DNA from: Squalus acanthias
Lineage: Eukaryota
DNA: 64,000 nt
Assembly (NCBI GenBank): GCA_030390025.1
Contig: CM059432.1
Coordinates: 102,426,001-102,490,000 of the forward strand
Direction of reading: 5' to 3'
Shown here: positions 24,205 to 34,071 of the stretch, in pieces
Layout: each line of letters begins with the position of its first letter
Numbering within the stretch: the first letter of the stretch is position 1
Notes under the pieces: model-generated
The model's database searches: none
What the model saw: only the letters and a program-made list of their open reading frames with translations
Told to the model about the DNA's origin: nothing
Made by a program: the position numbers and the translations under genes

Positions 24205-25920
24205 TTAAATTCTGAGAAGGCTGCTGCGAGCTCTTCCCGACGGTGGGAGGGCACTGACCCTTCCCTCTGATCTGCCGCAGCCTGTTGCTGCGCTGACCCT
24301 TTCCTCTGATCTGCCGCAGCCTGTTGCTGCGCTGACCCTTTCCTCTGATCTGCCGCAGCCTGTTACTGCTGCGATGTGGCCTGTCTGTACCCGGGTTATC
24401 TTAACCTGAAGTCTACGCCTTGGGGCAGTCTGGGGACATGACCACATCCTCCTGGGCTGGGGTTCTCTACTTGACCTACGGGGAGTTGCTATGGGCGGGG
24501 GTTCCGTGACGGACGGACCGGGTTCCGAGACCTCCAACGGGATGACCTGGGGTTCCATCACAGTCGCCGGCTCCGCCTCCGCTGACTCCGCCTCCCTAAC
24601 CTCGGGGCTGGCAGTTCGTGGCTCCGCCCTGCTCGGCCCAGCAGGCGGCCCTTCACTCGTGATCTCTGCCTCCCCTGAGGACTGGACGTTCAAAGCGGGC
24701 GGCCACATCTCTGGGAGCCACATTGGCACTCTCTGTGCTCCTATAGCGGCTGGCCCTGCCTCCTCTAGCTCCTCCCTCCTGTCCTCGGGACCTGCAGCTT
24801 GTGTGTCCACCCCGTGTGGATCTCTACCTATCGGCCCCATTCCCCCCAGACCGTTCCTCAGGAACCACCCGTCATCATCACTATGCTCATCTGCACTATC
24901 CTCATCTGACCAGGGTACCCTGGGTTCTTCGTCATCTAACCCCCAACTCCAGAAAAACGCTGCATGATCGTCCGGGATGTCCCTTCCCCTGATGCAAGCT
25001 GCTATGCCTGTCTGTGTGCCTTGTGGTCCTACCTGGGGCTGTGCTTTCCCATTGGCGGGATTTACCCCTGTAGTTTTCCCCTGCGCACCCGGCTGGTACA
25101 GTTTGCATTGGTTTATGTGGAACCACTTAGTGCGCCGAGGTATTTTTACGGCGTAAACCATGGGACTCGCCTTGTCTACAATGTTGTAGGGTCCCATATA
25201 CAGTGGTTCCAGACTCCCTACTCTGGCGTAGTTTCTGACCATAACCTGGTCTCCTACTTCCCACTCCCGCGTTTTGCGGGGTTCCAGCAACAAGCGATTG
25301 CCCTGATGCTGCCTTCCCATGTTCCCAGCCGCCTGCTCATAAACTTGCTTCAGGCGCTCCAAGAGAGTTTGGGCGAACTTGTCCCTGCTTATCTCTTGAA
25401 GCTGACCCTCAGTGAGCACCGGGGCTAGCACATGGGTGGGGGTTCGCATGAGCCTGCCGGTCATTACCTCGTGCGGGGAGTACCCCGTACTTTTTGACTG
25501 ACTGGCCCGGACCCCCATGAGGACTAAAGGCAGAACTTCCGCCCACTTTTGGGGCGAGTTCCTAGTCTCTTTCCTCAATTTCTCCTTCAGGGTCCGGTTC
25601 ATACGTTCAACAATCCCGGATGACTGGGGATTGTGTGCTACGTGCCACTTCCCTTCAATGCCCAAAAGCATGAGGGTGTTCTGCATCACCTGGCCGGTGA
25701 AATGACTCCCTTGGTCTGACTCCACGAAACGGGGGAGTCCCCACCGCGAGAACACTTCCCGGACCAAGATTTTTGCTGTACCCAGTGCCGTAGCTGTTCG
25801 ACAAGGGAAGGCTTCCACCCACTTGGAAAACACATCCACCAGGACGAGGCAGTACTTATAACCTCCCTGGGTGGTGGGCAGGGGTCCTATATAGTCGATC
25901 TGTATCGACTGCCATGATCC
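24205..25920 (-). CDS. pol: ERV-B pol 3' part: integrase core, GPY/F module and long C-terminal extension
   Basis: WQSIQIDYIGPLP, VDVFSKWVEAFP, ESDQGSHF, PQSSGIVERMNRTLK, LYMGPY; separated from the rest of pol by a CR1. Confidence 0.93.
   Translation of the reverse strand, partial: GSWQSIQIDYIGPLPTTQGGYKYCLVLVDVFSKWVEAFPCRTATALGTAKILVREVFSRWGLPRFVESDQGSHFTGQVMQNTLMLLGIEGKWHVAHNPQSSGIVERMNRTLKEKLRKETRNSPQKWAEVLPLVLMGVRASQSKSTGYSPHEVMTGRLMRTPTHVLAPVLTEGQLQEISRDKFAQTLLERLKQVYEQAAGNMGRQHQGNRLLLEPRKTREWEVGDQVMVRNYARVGSLEPLYMGPYNIVDKASPMVYAVKIPRRTKWFHINQCKLYQPGAQGKTTGVNPANGKAQPQVGPQGTQTGIAACIRGRDIPDDHAAFFWSWGLDDEEPRVPWSDEDSADEHSDDDGWFLRNGLGGMGPIGRDPHGVDTQAAGPEDRREELEEAGPAAIGAQRVPMWLPEMWPPALNVQSSGEAEITSEGPPAGPSRAEPRTASPEVREAESAEAEPATVMEPQVIPLEVSEPGPSVTEPPPIATPRRSSREPQPRRMWSCPQTAPRRRLQVKITRVQTGHIAAVTGCGRSEERVSAATGCGRSEERVSAATGCGRSEGRVSALPPSGRARSSLLRI
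24254..24370. repeat. 3 x 39-bp in-frame tandem repeat
   Basis: Unit ctgaccctttcctctgatctgccgcagcctgttgctgcg, encoding TGCGRSEERVSAA on -. Confidence 0.95.
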
Positions 25921-27088
25921 CACAGGGGTCAGTGCTGGGTCCCCAACTCTTCACAATCTATATTAACGATTTGGAGGAAGGGACCAAGTGTAACATATCA
26001 AAATTTGCAGATGATACAAAGATGGGAGGGAAAGTAGTGAATGAGGAGGACATAAAAAACCTGCAAGGGGACATAGACAGGCTAAGTAAGTGGGCAGAGA
26101 TTTGGCAGATGGAATACAACACTGGAAAGTGTGAGGTGATGCACTTTGGCAGGAAAAATCCTAGAGCAATTTATTATCTTAATGGCAAGAAACTGGAGAG
26201 TACTGAAGTGCAAAGGGATCTGGGGGTCCTGGTGCACGAAACTCAAAAGGTTAGTATGCAGGTGCAGCAAGTGATTAAGAAGGCAAATGGAATGTTGGCT
26301 TTCATTGCTAGGGGGATAGAATATAAAAATAGGGAGGTATTGCTTCAGTTGTACAAGGTATTGGTGAGACCGCACCTGGAATACTGCATACAGTTTTGGT
26401 GTCCTTACTTAAGGAAAGACATCCTTGCTCTCGAGGCAGTGCAAAAAAGGTTCACTCGGTTAATCCCGGGGATGAGGGGGTGGTCATATGAGGAGAGGTT
26501 GGGTAGATTGGGACTCTACTCATTGGAGTTCAGAAGAATGAGAGGCGATCTTATTGAAACATATAAGATTGTGAAGGGGTTGGATCGGGTGGATGCGGGG
26601 AGGATGTTCCCGATGACGGGTGAGACGAGAACTAGGGGACATAGTCTTAGAATAAGGGGCTGCTCTTTCAAAACTGAGATGAGGAGGAACTACTTCACTC
26701 AGAGGGTGGTAGGTCCATGGAATATGCTGCCACAAAAAGCTGTAGAAGCTACAACATTAATTAAATTTAAAACAGAAATAGACAGTTTCCTAGAAGTAAA
26801 GGGCATTAAGGGTTACGGGGAGCGGGCAGGAATTTGGACATGAGTCTAGGTTCGGATCGGTCATGGCCCTGTGGGTAGTGGAGCGGGCCCAGGGACTGTG
26901 TAGCCTGATTCTGCTCCTATTTCGTGTGTGCAATTCTGTTAGATGCAGGAGATGGTTCTGTGATAGATAGTAGATTGGCGGTTAGGATCAGATCAGCCAT
27001 GATCTTATTGAATGGCGGAGCAGGCTCGAGGGGCCGATTGGCCTACTCCTGCTCCTATTTCTTATGTTCTTATGTTCTTATGTTCTTA
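25918..27088 (+). mobile_element. Young 5'-truncated CR1 LINE inserted antisense in ERV-B integrase
   Basis: Uninterrupted 309-aa RT C-terminal ORF (PQGSVLGP, KFADD) to its stop, then 3' UTR and (ttcttatg)n tail. Confidence 0.96.
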
Positions 27089-29921
27089 CGTGTCCCATGG
27101 GCACCTTCCTTTTCTGGGGGTCTGGGTTGTTTGCAGCGCACACAAGACAGTTTGCGCAGAACTCGCGGACTTGTTCCCTGAGCCCTGGCCACCATCCCGC
27201 TTGCTCTACCCGTTGCCAGGTAACCTCGGGCCCGGGGTGCCCTGCCCCTGGTCCCTCGTGAGCCAACTGGAGGAATTCCCTCCTGTGCTGCTGCGGCACA
27301 ACCCACTGCTCCCCGCGGAACAGCATGCCTTCCTTAACTGAGAGGGTTGCCGTACTGTACGGACCTTCTACCTGCCTCCCCTCAGCAATCGTTTTTAGGA
27401 CTGCTTTTAGGGCGGGATCCTGGGCTTGGACGGTCTTAAGGTCTAGGGGCAATGCTACCCTGGTGTTCCCGGTATTCCCGTCCCCGCCTCGGACCGCTGC
27501 TATGGGTCCGGTCCTATAGGGGTTCCAGAAAGTGCCGTCGCGGGCACCCTCCCTGGCTAGCGCATCCGCCTGCCGGTTGCCCTCCCCACGGGGCTCTGTG
27601 GAGGAGTGAGCTTTCACCTTATGGATGAAAATCTCCCCTTCCTCCCCTACTGCTGCTGCTAAGATCTTTTCCAGCAAGGGCTTCACCGTTAAAGGTCGCC
27701 CGTCCGCGGAGGTGTATCCGCGGCGGGACCAAATGGCCAGGTATTCCGTACACGAATTGCAGGTGAACATACTGTCCGAGCAAATCGTGTATGGGGTTGG
27801 GAAAATGTCTGGGTGGGTCACCACGTACACCACGGCAGACAGCTCAGCCTGCTGCGCGCTCATGGTGCTAGGGAGCTTGATCGCCAGGGCAAGGTCTGCC
27901 GCAGGGTCATAAACTCCACACCCTGTGAGTCGCTCGCCAGCAGACACTGTGCTAGACCCATCAACATAAATCTCGCGCCCAGTGGGATGTATCCCGGCCC
28001 GTAAACCTATGTTGACGTCCCACACCCCTTCCACCGAACACCGGTGGGCTGTACCGGGGTATACCAAATTGGCCGCAAGCCTGGGCTCGCAAAGACCTTT
28101 GACTCTAAGATCCAACTGGGAGAGAAGAAGGGTCCAACGCGCAATGCGTGCGCTGCTTACGGTCCCGTCTTTAATCATCCCATCCAGAAGCATCTTAGTT
28201 GGTGTGTGATGTGTGAGGAGAGTGATGGGAGAGAGCCCTGTGAAGATCGCTGATCTTTTCACAGCCCAATGCGTGGCTAAAAGGTGCCTTTCGCAATTGG
28301 AAAAACTTCTCTCCACATCCGTTAATACCCTGGATGAATAGACAACCGGCCTCAGCTTGCCGTGACGCTCTTGGAGCAGCACGGCGCTTAAGCTGTCTCC
28401 GCTGGCAGCTACCTCCAGGAAAAACTCCTTCCCCCCATCTATGGCCCCTAAGGCTGGCGCGGTCTGCAGATCCCTTTTTAACTTCTCGAAGGCTGCTTGG
28501 CAGCCCTCGTCCCAAAGCCACTCCACCCCCTTATGGAGGAGTCGGAGGAGCGGCGCCGCTGTGGCCGCATAATCTTCGATAAAATCCCTGCAGTAACCGG
28601 TCAGTCCCAAGAAGGACCTCACACCCCTTACGTTGTTGGGAATCGGTAATTCTTGCACCGACTCCCTCCTTGCTTTGTCTATGGCTCTTTCCCCAGCGCG
28701 TAGGGTCAGTCCCAGGAATTTTACTTCCTGCTGACCGATATGTGCTTTCTTTGGGTTTACTTTAAAACCCTTTCTCGCTAACAGCTCCAATAACTCGTCC
28801 AGTAGTGGTCCGTGCTCCTCCCTTGAGTCCGTAAATAGGAGCAAATCATCCACATACTGTACTATCTGATTGGGCTGACTAAACTCCTTTAAACTTCCTG
28901 CCATACACTGATGAAAAATACTGGGGCTATTGTGGAAACCCTGTGGCAAACAGTTCCACGTGTACTGTTGCCCTTTAAACGTAAAGGCAAACTTGTACTG
29001 GTCCTCTCGCCGCAGCGGGATGGACCAAAAACCGTTCGAGATATCCAGCACCGTGAACGTGGTCGCGGACGCTGGGATGCTCCCTATTAGGTCAGCAACT
29101 GCTGCTACTGTGGGCGCGCAGGCGGGAATGTTACTGTTAAGGACTCTGTAGTCCACCGTGGCTCTCCACGAATTATCCGGCTTCCTAACCGGCCATAATG
29201 GGGAGTTCACGTGTGTGGCTATCGGCCTCAACACGCCCTGCTGCACCAAGGAAGACATTGCTGTCTCCATATCGGGTTCTGCTTCTTTGGGGAAGTTATA
29301 CTGCTTTTGGGGTCGGGTCATGGGGTCCCCATCTACGCTGACCTCAAACCCGACCACCCTCCCACAATCGTGCTTGTGGGTTGCAAACGCGTGCATATTA
29401 TCTGACACGTACGTTTGCATGTCCGTTGGGACATCTGCGACCATAAGCCTGAGGTCGTAGCCTCCGGATGGCTGTACGGTACACAGGACCCCTGTTTCTT
29501 CCTCCCCCGGAATCACCATTACCTCGCCTTTTTCACCTTTAGCCCCCCAGAGACAGTGATTTCTGAGGTCCACGAGGATCCCGTGTCCCGCTAGGAGATC
29601 GGACCCGAGAATACCTCTTCCACCCCCCTTTTTCCATGCCATCAGTATACACTTCCACTTAAGGCGAAGTGTTCCTAAACGAATGGATAGCGGGAGGGAA
29701 AACGTGCCAGCCTGTTCTTTTCCTGTGAACCCTGCCAGCGTGAATGGGACCTTGGTAGATAGCGGCGAGTCAAAAGGGTTATCTGTATGGATTATGGTGC
29801 AAGAAGCTCCCGTGTCCAACAAATAACTGCCCTTCTGTTTCTCTACCTCCATCTCCACCACAGGTCGCCTCCACGCATCATAGCTGAGCGGACACAGGTA
29901 GACGGGCTGTGCTGGTTCTAG
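27084..29921 (-). CDS. pol: ERV-B pol 5' part: protease, RT, tether, RNase H, IN zinc finger
   Basis: Open in frame with gag; LLDTGAS, LPQGFHNSP, YVDD, degenerate RNase H/tether (FFLEVAAS..CERHLLA), active RNase H (YVDGSS..QQAEL..SDS..GNRQAD), HHCC (AHEG..GHPG..CLVC). Confidence 0.96.
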
Positions 29922-31733
29922 TCATGGGGCACTATTAGACGGTCCTGCGGCACCTACGGGGCCGGTTGCGACCGCCACCTGTCCACGCGCATTCAAAACC
30001 AGCTTGCGCATGGCTCCTAACACTGCTTCGAGGTCGTCGGGAGGGGTGGGTGCCTTGGCTTCCTTAGCCGGGACAGGCGCCTGGGTTCGGACCGCGGGAT
30101 TTTTATCCTTGGAATCCTTCCAAGGGTTCCTGCAGTGCTTGCGCCAGTGCCCTGTCTTCCCACACCCGTAACAGGCATTACTTGCCTGTGGGGCGCGGTT
30201 ACCCTCCTGATGCCACTCTCTTTGAGCCGGGGCTGCGGGTCGTACCTCATGTACTCTTCCCTTAAAGGGACGTGTCGTCATACCCCTTATGTTACGATAA
30301 CCTAACGTGAGTCGATTCAAGACCGACTCTTCCGTAAGGTTGAGGTCATTGGGATCGAACCAGGCTTTTGCCTGCTCTCTAACGGCTGGTAAACTGTTGG
30401 CTATTATGCACCTAAGCCAATGAATTAGAGCGGCGCCTTCCACATCTTCGCGCTCGGGCGCACCTAGACAGCTGCGCTCATATACTGGCCACAGCCTGTC
30501 GGCAAAAACCTTCGGGGGTTCTCCCTCCATCTGCACTGTCTGTCCCACTCTAGCAAACGGACCTCCGTCGTTCGCCCCCACTACTTCTAGGACCTCATTT
30601 TTTAATTCCTCATAACTTTTGTTTCCCCTCTTGCTCTCGCCTGAGAGACACTGAAGGACCGAGCTGTCTAATGAGAACAGCAGCATTTTTGCTGTCTCCC
30701 CATCATCGCAGCCGTTAATGGCTGCGGCTTGCTCAACTTCCCTGAAATGTACGGAAGGGTCGTCTATCTCAGTCAGCTTCCGTACGTGGTTTATCATAGC
30801 TCTCAGCTGATGTGAACTGTGAGGCAACACCAGCTGTCCGAGGAGATCCCCCGGTTCTTCCCCACCGTTTCTGCTTGGGCCCCTTTTAATACCCGTTACT
30901 GGATACAACGATCCCTTTTCTTCTTCCTTTTCAATGGGCTTTTTCGTTTCTTCCATTGCTTCCTCCCTAACCCAGGTTTCTGAATAGCTGGGTGGCGCGG
31001 AGGGCGCAGTGGCTACTACTTCTTCTGCTTTACTTGGTGGGGATTTTCTAAATCTCTCACTTACTAGCGGCTGGTGCGCCGACGGATTGATAAGGCACAC
31101 CATGCCGTTCGCATTATTCACGGCCTTTTTGAGGCTCTCTATCTCCCTTTGGCAGGCGCTATGGTCGGCTCCCTGAAACTTATCCTCAAGGGCCAACTTA
31201 TACGCCGACCTAACCCCCATTAAGCTCTCTTCTTGAGTTCTTATCTGGGCAGCTTGGCGGTTACATCTTTCCTTTAACCTACTCTCGTTCAATTTTGCTT
31301 CAGTGACCTGGCACTCGAGATACTCTATCCTTGTTTTAAGGTGACTGGAGACTTCCTGGCTTTCCTGGTGTAACTCATTTAAATTCTTAATGAGCACCTC
31401 CCCTCCAGAAACCTTCTCCTCCATTTCTCCCTCTAAATGGCTGATTCGAGCTGTTAGCGCTGTAATGGTCTGGTTTGAAATCTGAACCTGCCTTTTGTAG
31501 CACATAAGCCAGACTGCTTTCTCAACTGCCTTTTTATGTTCCTTACTATCTGTCCACCTTTCAGCTGCCTCTAGTGGGCTCTTATCCGCTAACAATTCAC
31601 TTATCCACTTCTTAGTTAGATTAACCTTTGCAAACACATAATCCGCTATCTTTTCCTGCATAACATTTCGTACAGTCATTCCAAAATCTAACACACTACC
31701 CTCTCGCTGCCAGTGTCCTGCCGCGGTCGCCAT
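29922..31733 (-). CDS. gag: ERV-B Gag, intact 603 aa
   Basis: Coiled-coil N-half, PSAPPSY late domain, capsid-like region, one CCHC knuckle CYGCGKTGHWRKHC; start codon uncertain (could be Met19). Confidence 0.93.
   Translation of the reverse strand: MATAAGHWQREGSVLDFGMTVRNVMQEKIADYVFAKVNLTKKWISELLADKSPLEAAERWTDSKEHKKAVEKAVWLMCYKRQVQISNQTITALTARISHLEGEMEEKVSGGEVLIKNLNELHQESQEVSSHLKTRIEYLECQVTEAKLNESRLKERCNRQAAQIRTQEESLMGVRSAYKLALEDKFQGADHSACQREIESLKKAVNNANGMVCLINPSAHQPLVSERFRKSPPSKAEEVVATAPSAPPSYSETWVREEAMEETKKPIEKEEEKGSLYPVTGIKRGPSRNGGEEPGDLLGQLVLPHSSHQLRAMINHVRKLTEIDDPSVHFREVEQAAAINGCDDGETAKMLLFSLDSSVLQCLSGESKRGNKSYEELKNEVLEVVGANDGGPFARVGQTVQMEGEPPKVFADRLWPVYERSCLGAPEREDVEGAALIHWLRCIIANSLPAVREQAKAWFDPNDLNLTEESVLNRLTLGYRNIRGMTTRPFKGRVHEVRPAAPAQREWHQEGNRAPQASNACYGCGKTGHWRKHCRNPWKDSKDKNPAVRTQAPVPAKEAKAPTPPDDLEAVLGAMRKLVLNARGQVAVATGPVGAAGPSNSAP
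31715..31732 (-). promoter_or_regulatory. ERV-B primer-binding site, tRNA-Arg(TCG)
   Basis: TGGCGACCGCGGCAGGAC, complementary to the vertebrate tRNA-Arg(TCG) 3' end GTCCTGCCGCGGTCG-CCA (recalled, not searched). Confidence 0.88.
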
Positions 31734-31737
31734 TTTC

Positions 31738-33447
31738 TGTAAGGGATTCCCCTGACCCTGCGTGTCTCGTAGCCTGTGAGATTCACGCGGCTCTGTGCAG
31801 CCTGTATGTCAGTGCGGGTCTAGGCCTGGTTGCCTGTTCTGGTCTCCAGCCAGTCTGGGAACACTAGACACACCTGTGAGTGGTTCGAATCACTCTCCCT
31901 TACGGTTCTAGACACTGGACTTAGATGCGAGAGCAGTAATGGAGATAAAACTCATGTAGACTTGGTTTGAATGGTACGAAATGGAAAATCTTTATTGCAT
32001 GATACTTAAAATTATGAAATACATGTCATAAGCACAGATTAATGACAGTACAATCTTACAAACGGTTATATAGTCGATCTTAGGGAAACGAGGAACGAAC
32101 GGCACAACGTAAATAGGGGCACACATTACAAATATCCTTAATCTTTAAACCCTCCCCTATCAATATCTATCCTAAACTAGCTTCGTAGGATCTCGAGACT
32201 CATGCTCACCACTCGTGATAACTCGGAGAAATTCCGAATAGCTGATCGGATGTTTTTCACCGCAGCACCCACGTGTCGGTCAGGAGATCTCCTGGTCCCA
32301 CTTGTTTACTTGCTTCTGCTGCTCCGGCTAGTAGGCTGGACCGTCTGCTGTGGTGAAGACCTCTGTTGGTGGGTTTCACAGTTTAGTCTTGGAGCACCGT
32401 TGTCAATATCATTGATACGATGTGTTTTCCACGTTCCAACCTCCTTAGAAGTTTAAAGAGGAAAACTTCCTGGCGAGAAAACTTGGCTGATCGACCTACA
32501 GGCGCGGTCGGGATTTACTGACCGTGGCGATGGATATGGTCTTCTTCTCTTCTCCTCTCATCTCATCTCATCTCGGGCCTTTGGTTCCGCTGCCAGTTAC
32601 CAACATAGGTCTTCGTTACGCGACACGAGGTAGATCCGTACGGATCAGAAAGTTCAACAGTCTTTTCAGAAGAGGCAACAGGCACGCAGAAACCCAACTA
32701 CGAGTACACAGGAGCAGCCACGAGGTTACGAATCGACCGGATAAAACACAGGAGCAAGCGAGCGAACGCAGGAGCACGAACAAGAGCACGAGGCCAGAGG
32801 CAAGAGACAAGAGAGCGAATGGACGGTTCGGGGCCTGCAATTATAGTGCAAAAAAATCTTCCGTTTCCCGCCCAACTATAATGTCCATTCTTTTGTTTAG
32901 GGTTTGGCGCCCAAATGTCTTGTATGGGTGATCTCCGTTCTTAATGGGTTTCGGGCTACTCATGAATGTTTGAGTACCTGTTAATACTTCTCCCATTGTT
33001 AAATCGGTCGGTGTTCTCCCTGGAGGGGTTTGGGGCTTCCAAGTGTCCTGTATAACTACCTGCTAACGGCTCTCTCATCGTAGAGTCGTTGGGAGTTTAC
33101 ATATTAATGTCCTTTGGATGGGCCCTTGATTACTCGGTACAATGGCTTTCCTTTGTACCTGGGAGACCGATTCCAGTATCTATGTTTATACTGTAAACCC
33201 ATAATGTCTCGTGTATTATCTTCACTGTGCTGAATCGTTATCGATCTTGCACAAATGTTTAATGGAACGCCATCTTGTCTGCCTGTTGAAAAGTCTAGAA
33301 TGTTCTGTCACGAGGTGCGGCGGCCATTTTACAGGCTGCTTGTGTCCAATTTAAACCTGCCAGCATTCTGCTGAAATAAAAGCTGTTTGAACGAAACTTT
33401 GTGTTTTCTCCTTATTAATCAAATCGCGATATATTGCGAATTCTACA
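31738..33447 (-). repeat. ERV-B 5' LTR
   Basis: Direct repeat of 19432-21141, adjacent to the PBS. Confidence 0.97.
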
Positions 33448-33746
33448 GGGGCATAGTCTCAGAATAAAGGGTCGCCCTTTTAGAACTGAGATGAGGAGGA
33501 ATTTCTTCTCTCAGAGGGTCGTAAATCTGTGGAATTCTCTGCCCCAGAGAGCTGTGGAGGCTGGGTCATTAAATACATTTAAGGTGGAGCTGGACAGATT
33601 TTTGCAAGATAAGGGAGTGAAGGGTTATGGGGCATGGGCAGGGAAGTGACTTTGAGCCCTAGATCAGCCATGATCTTATTGAATGGTGGAGCAGGCTCGA
33701 GGGGCCAAGTGGCCTATTCCTGCTCCTATTTCTTATGTTCTTATGT

Positions 33747-34071
33747 ACACAATGATACCTGGTGCCCAGTTTATGACCCGACCTTTGGCTTTAAACACCA
33801 GATAGAGGTTCAAGTGGCACAGGAAAGGATAATCCCAATCTCGGATCACACCTCAGTAAATCTCAAAGTGAGCGATACTTTACCAAACCTCCAAGAATAC
33901 ATATTCCATTTTGGGTATGATATCCCGCCATTATCCGAGCATTTGAGAAAACTGGTAAAGGATGTGGAGCTTTCCCAAAAACATTGTTATACTCTCCAAC
34001 AGCAAAACAGGGAAACGAGAGACGAGATCAGGTAAATAACTACCCCACCTTGGTGGGATATTGGGTTTAAT
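33747..34071 (+). pseudogene. env: ERV-A env, middle segment
   Basis: HNDTWCPVYDPTFGFKHQIEVQVAQERIIPI..HFGYDIPPL..PPWW aligns to ERV-B Env. Confidence 0.92.

Larger units (their letters stand above)
19432..33447 (-). mobile_element. ERV-B: young, near-intact lokiretrovirus-like provirus
   Basis: Two 1710-bp LTRs at constant offset 12306, TG..CA ends, TSD GGGG (19428-19431 / 33448-33451), PBS, open gag and env, PPT. Confidence 0.97.
18283..33746 (+). mobile_element. 5'-truncated CR1 LINE inserted in ERV-A env (pieces 18283-19431 and 33448-33746, split by ERV-B)
   Basis: VTPLFKKG..NYRPVSL, YLDFQKAFDKVPH, GVPQGS, KFADD, RPHLEYCVQFWSP; GKSRT|GHSLRIKG rejoined across ERV-B; (ttcttatg)n tail. Confidence 0.95.

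Noticed and set aside
24254..24370. CRISPR-like array
   Set aside because: Head-to-tail coding repeat without spacers, in a eukaryotic retroelement
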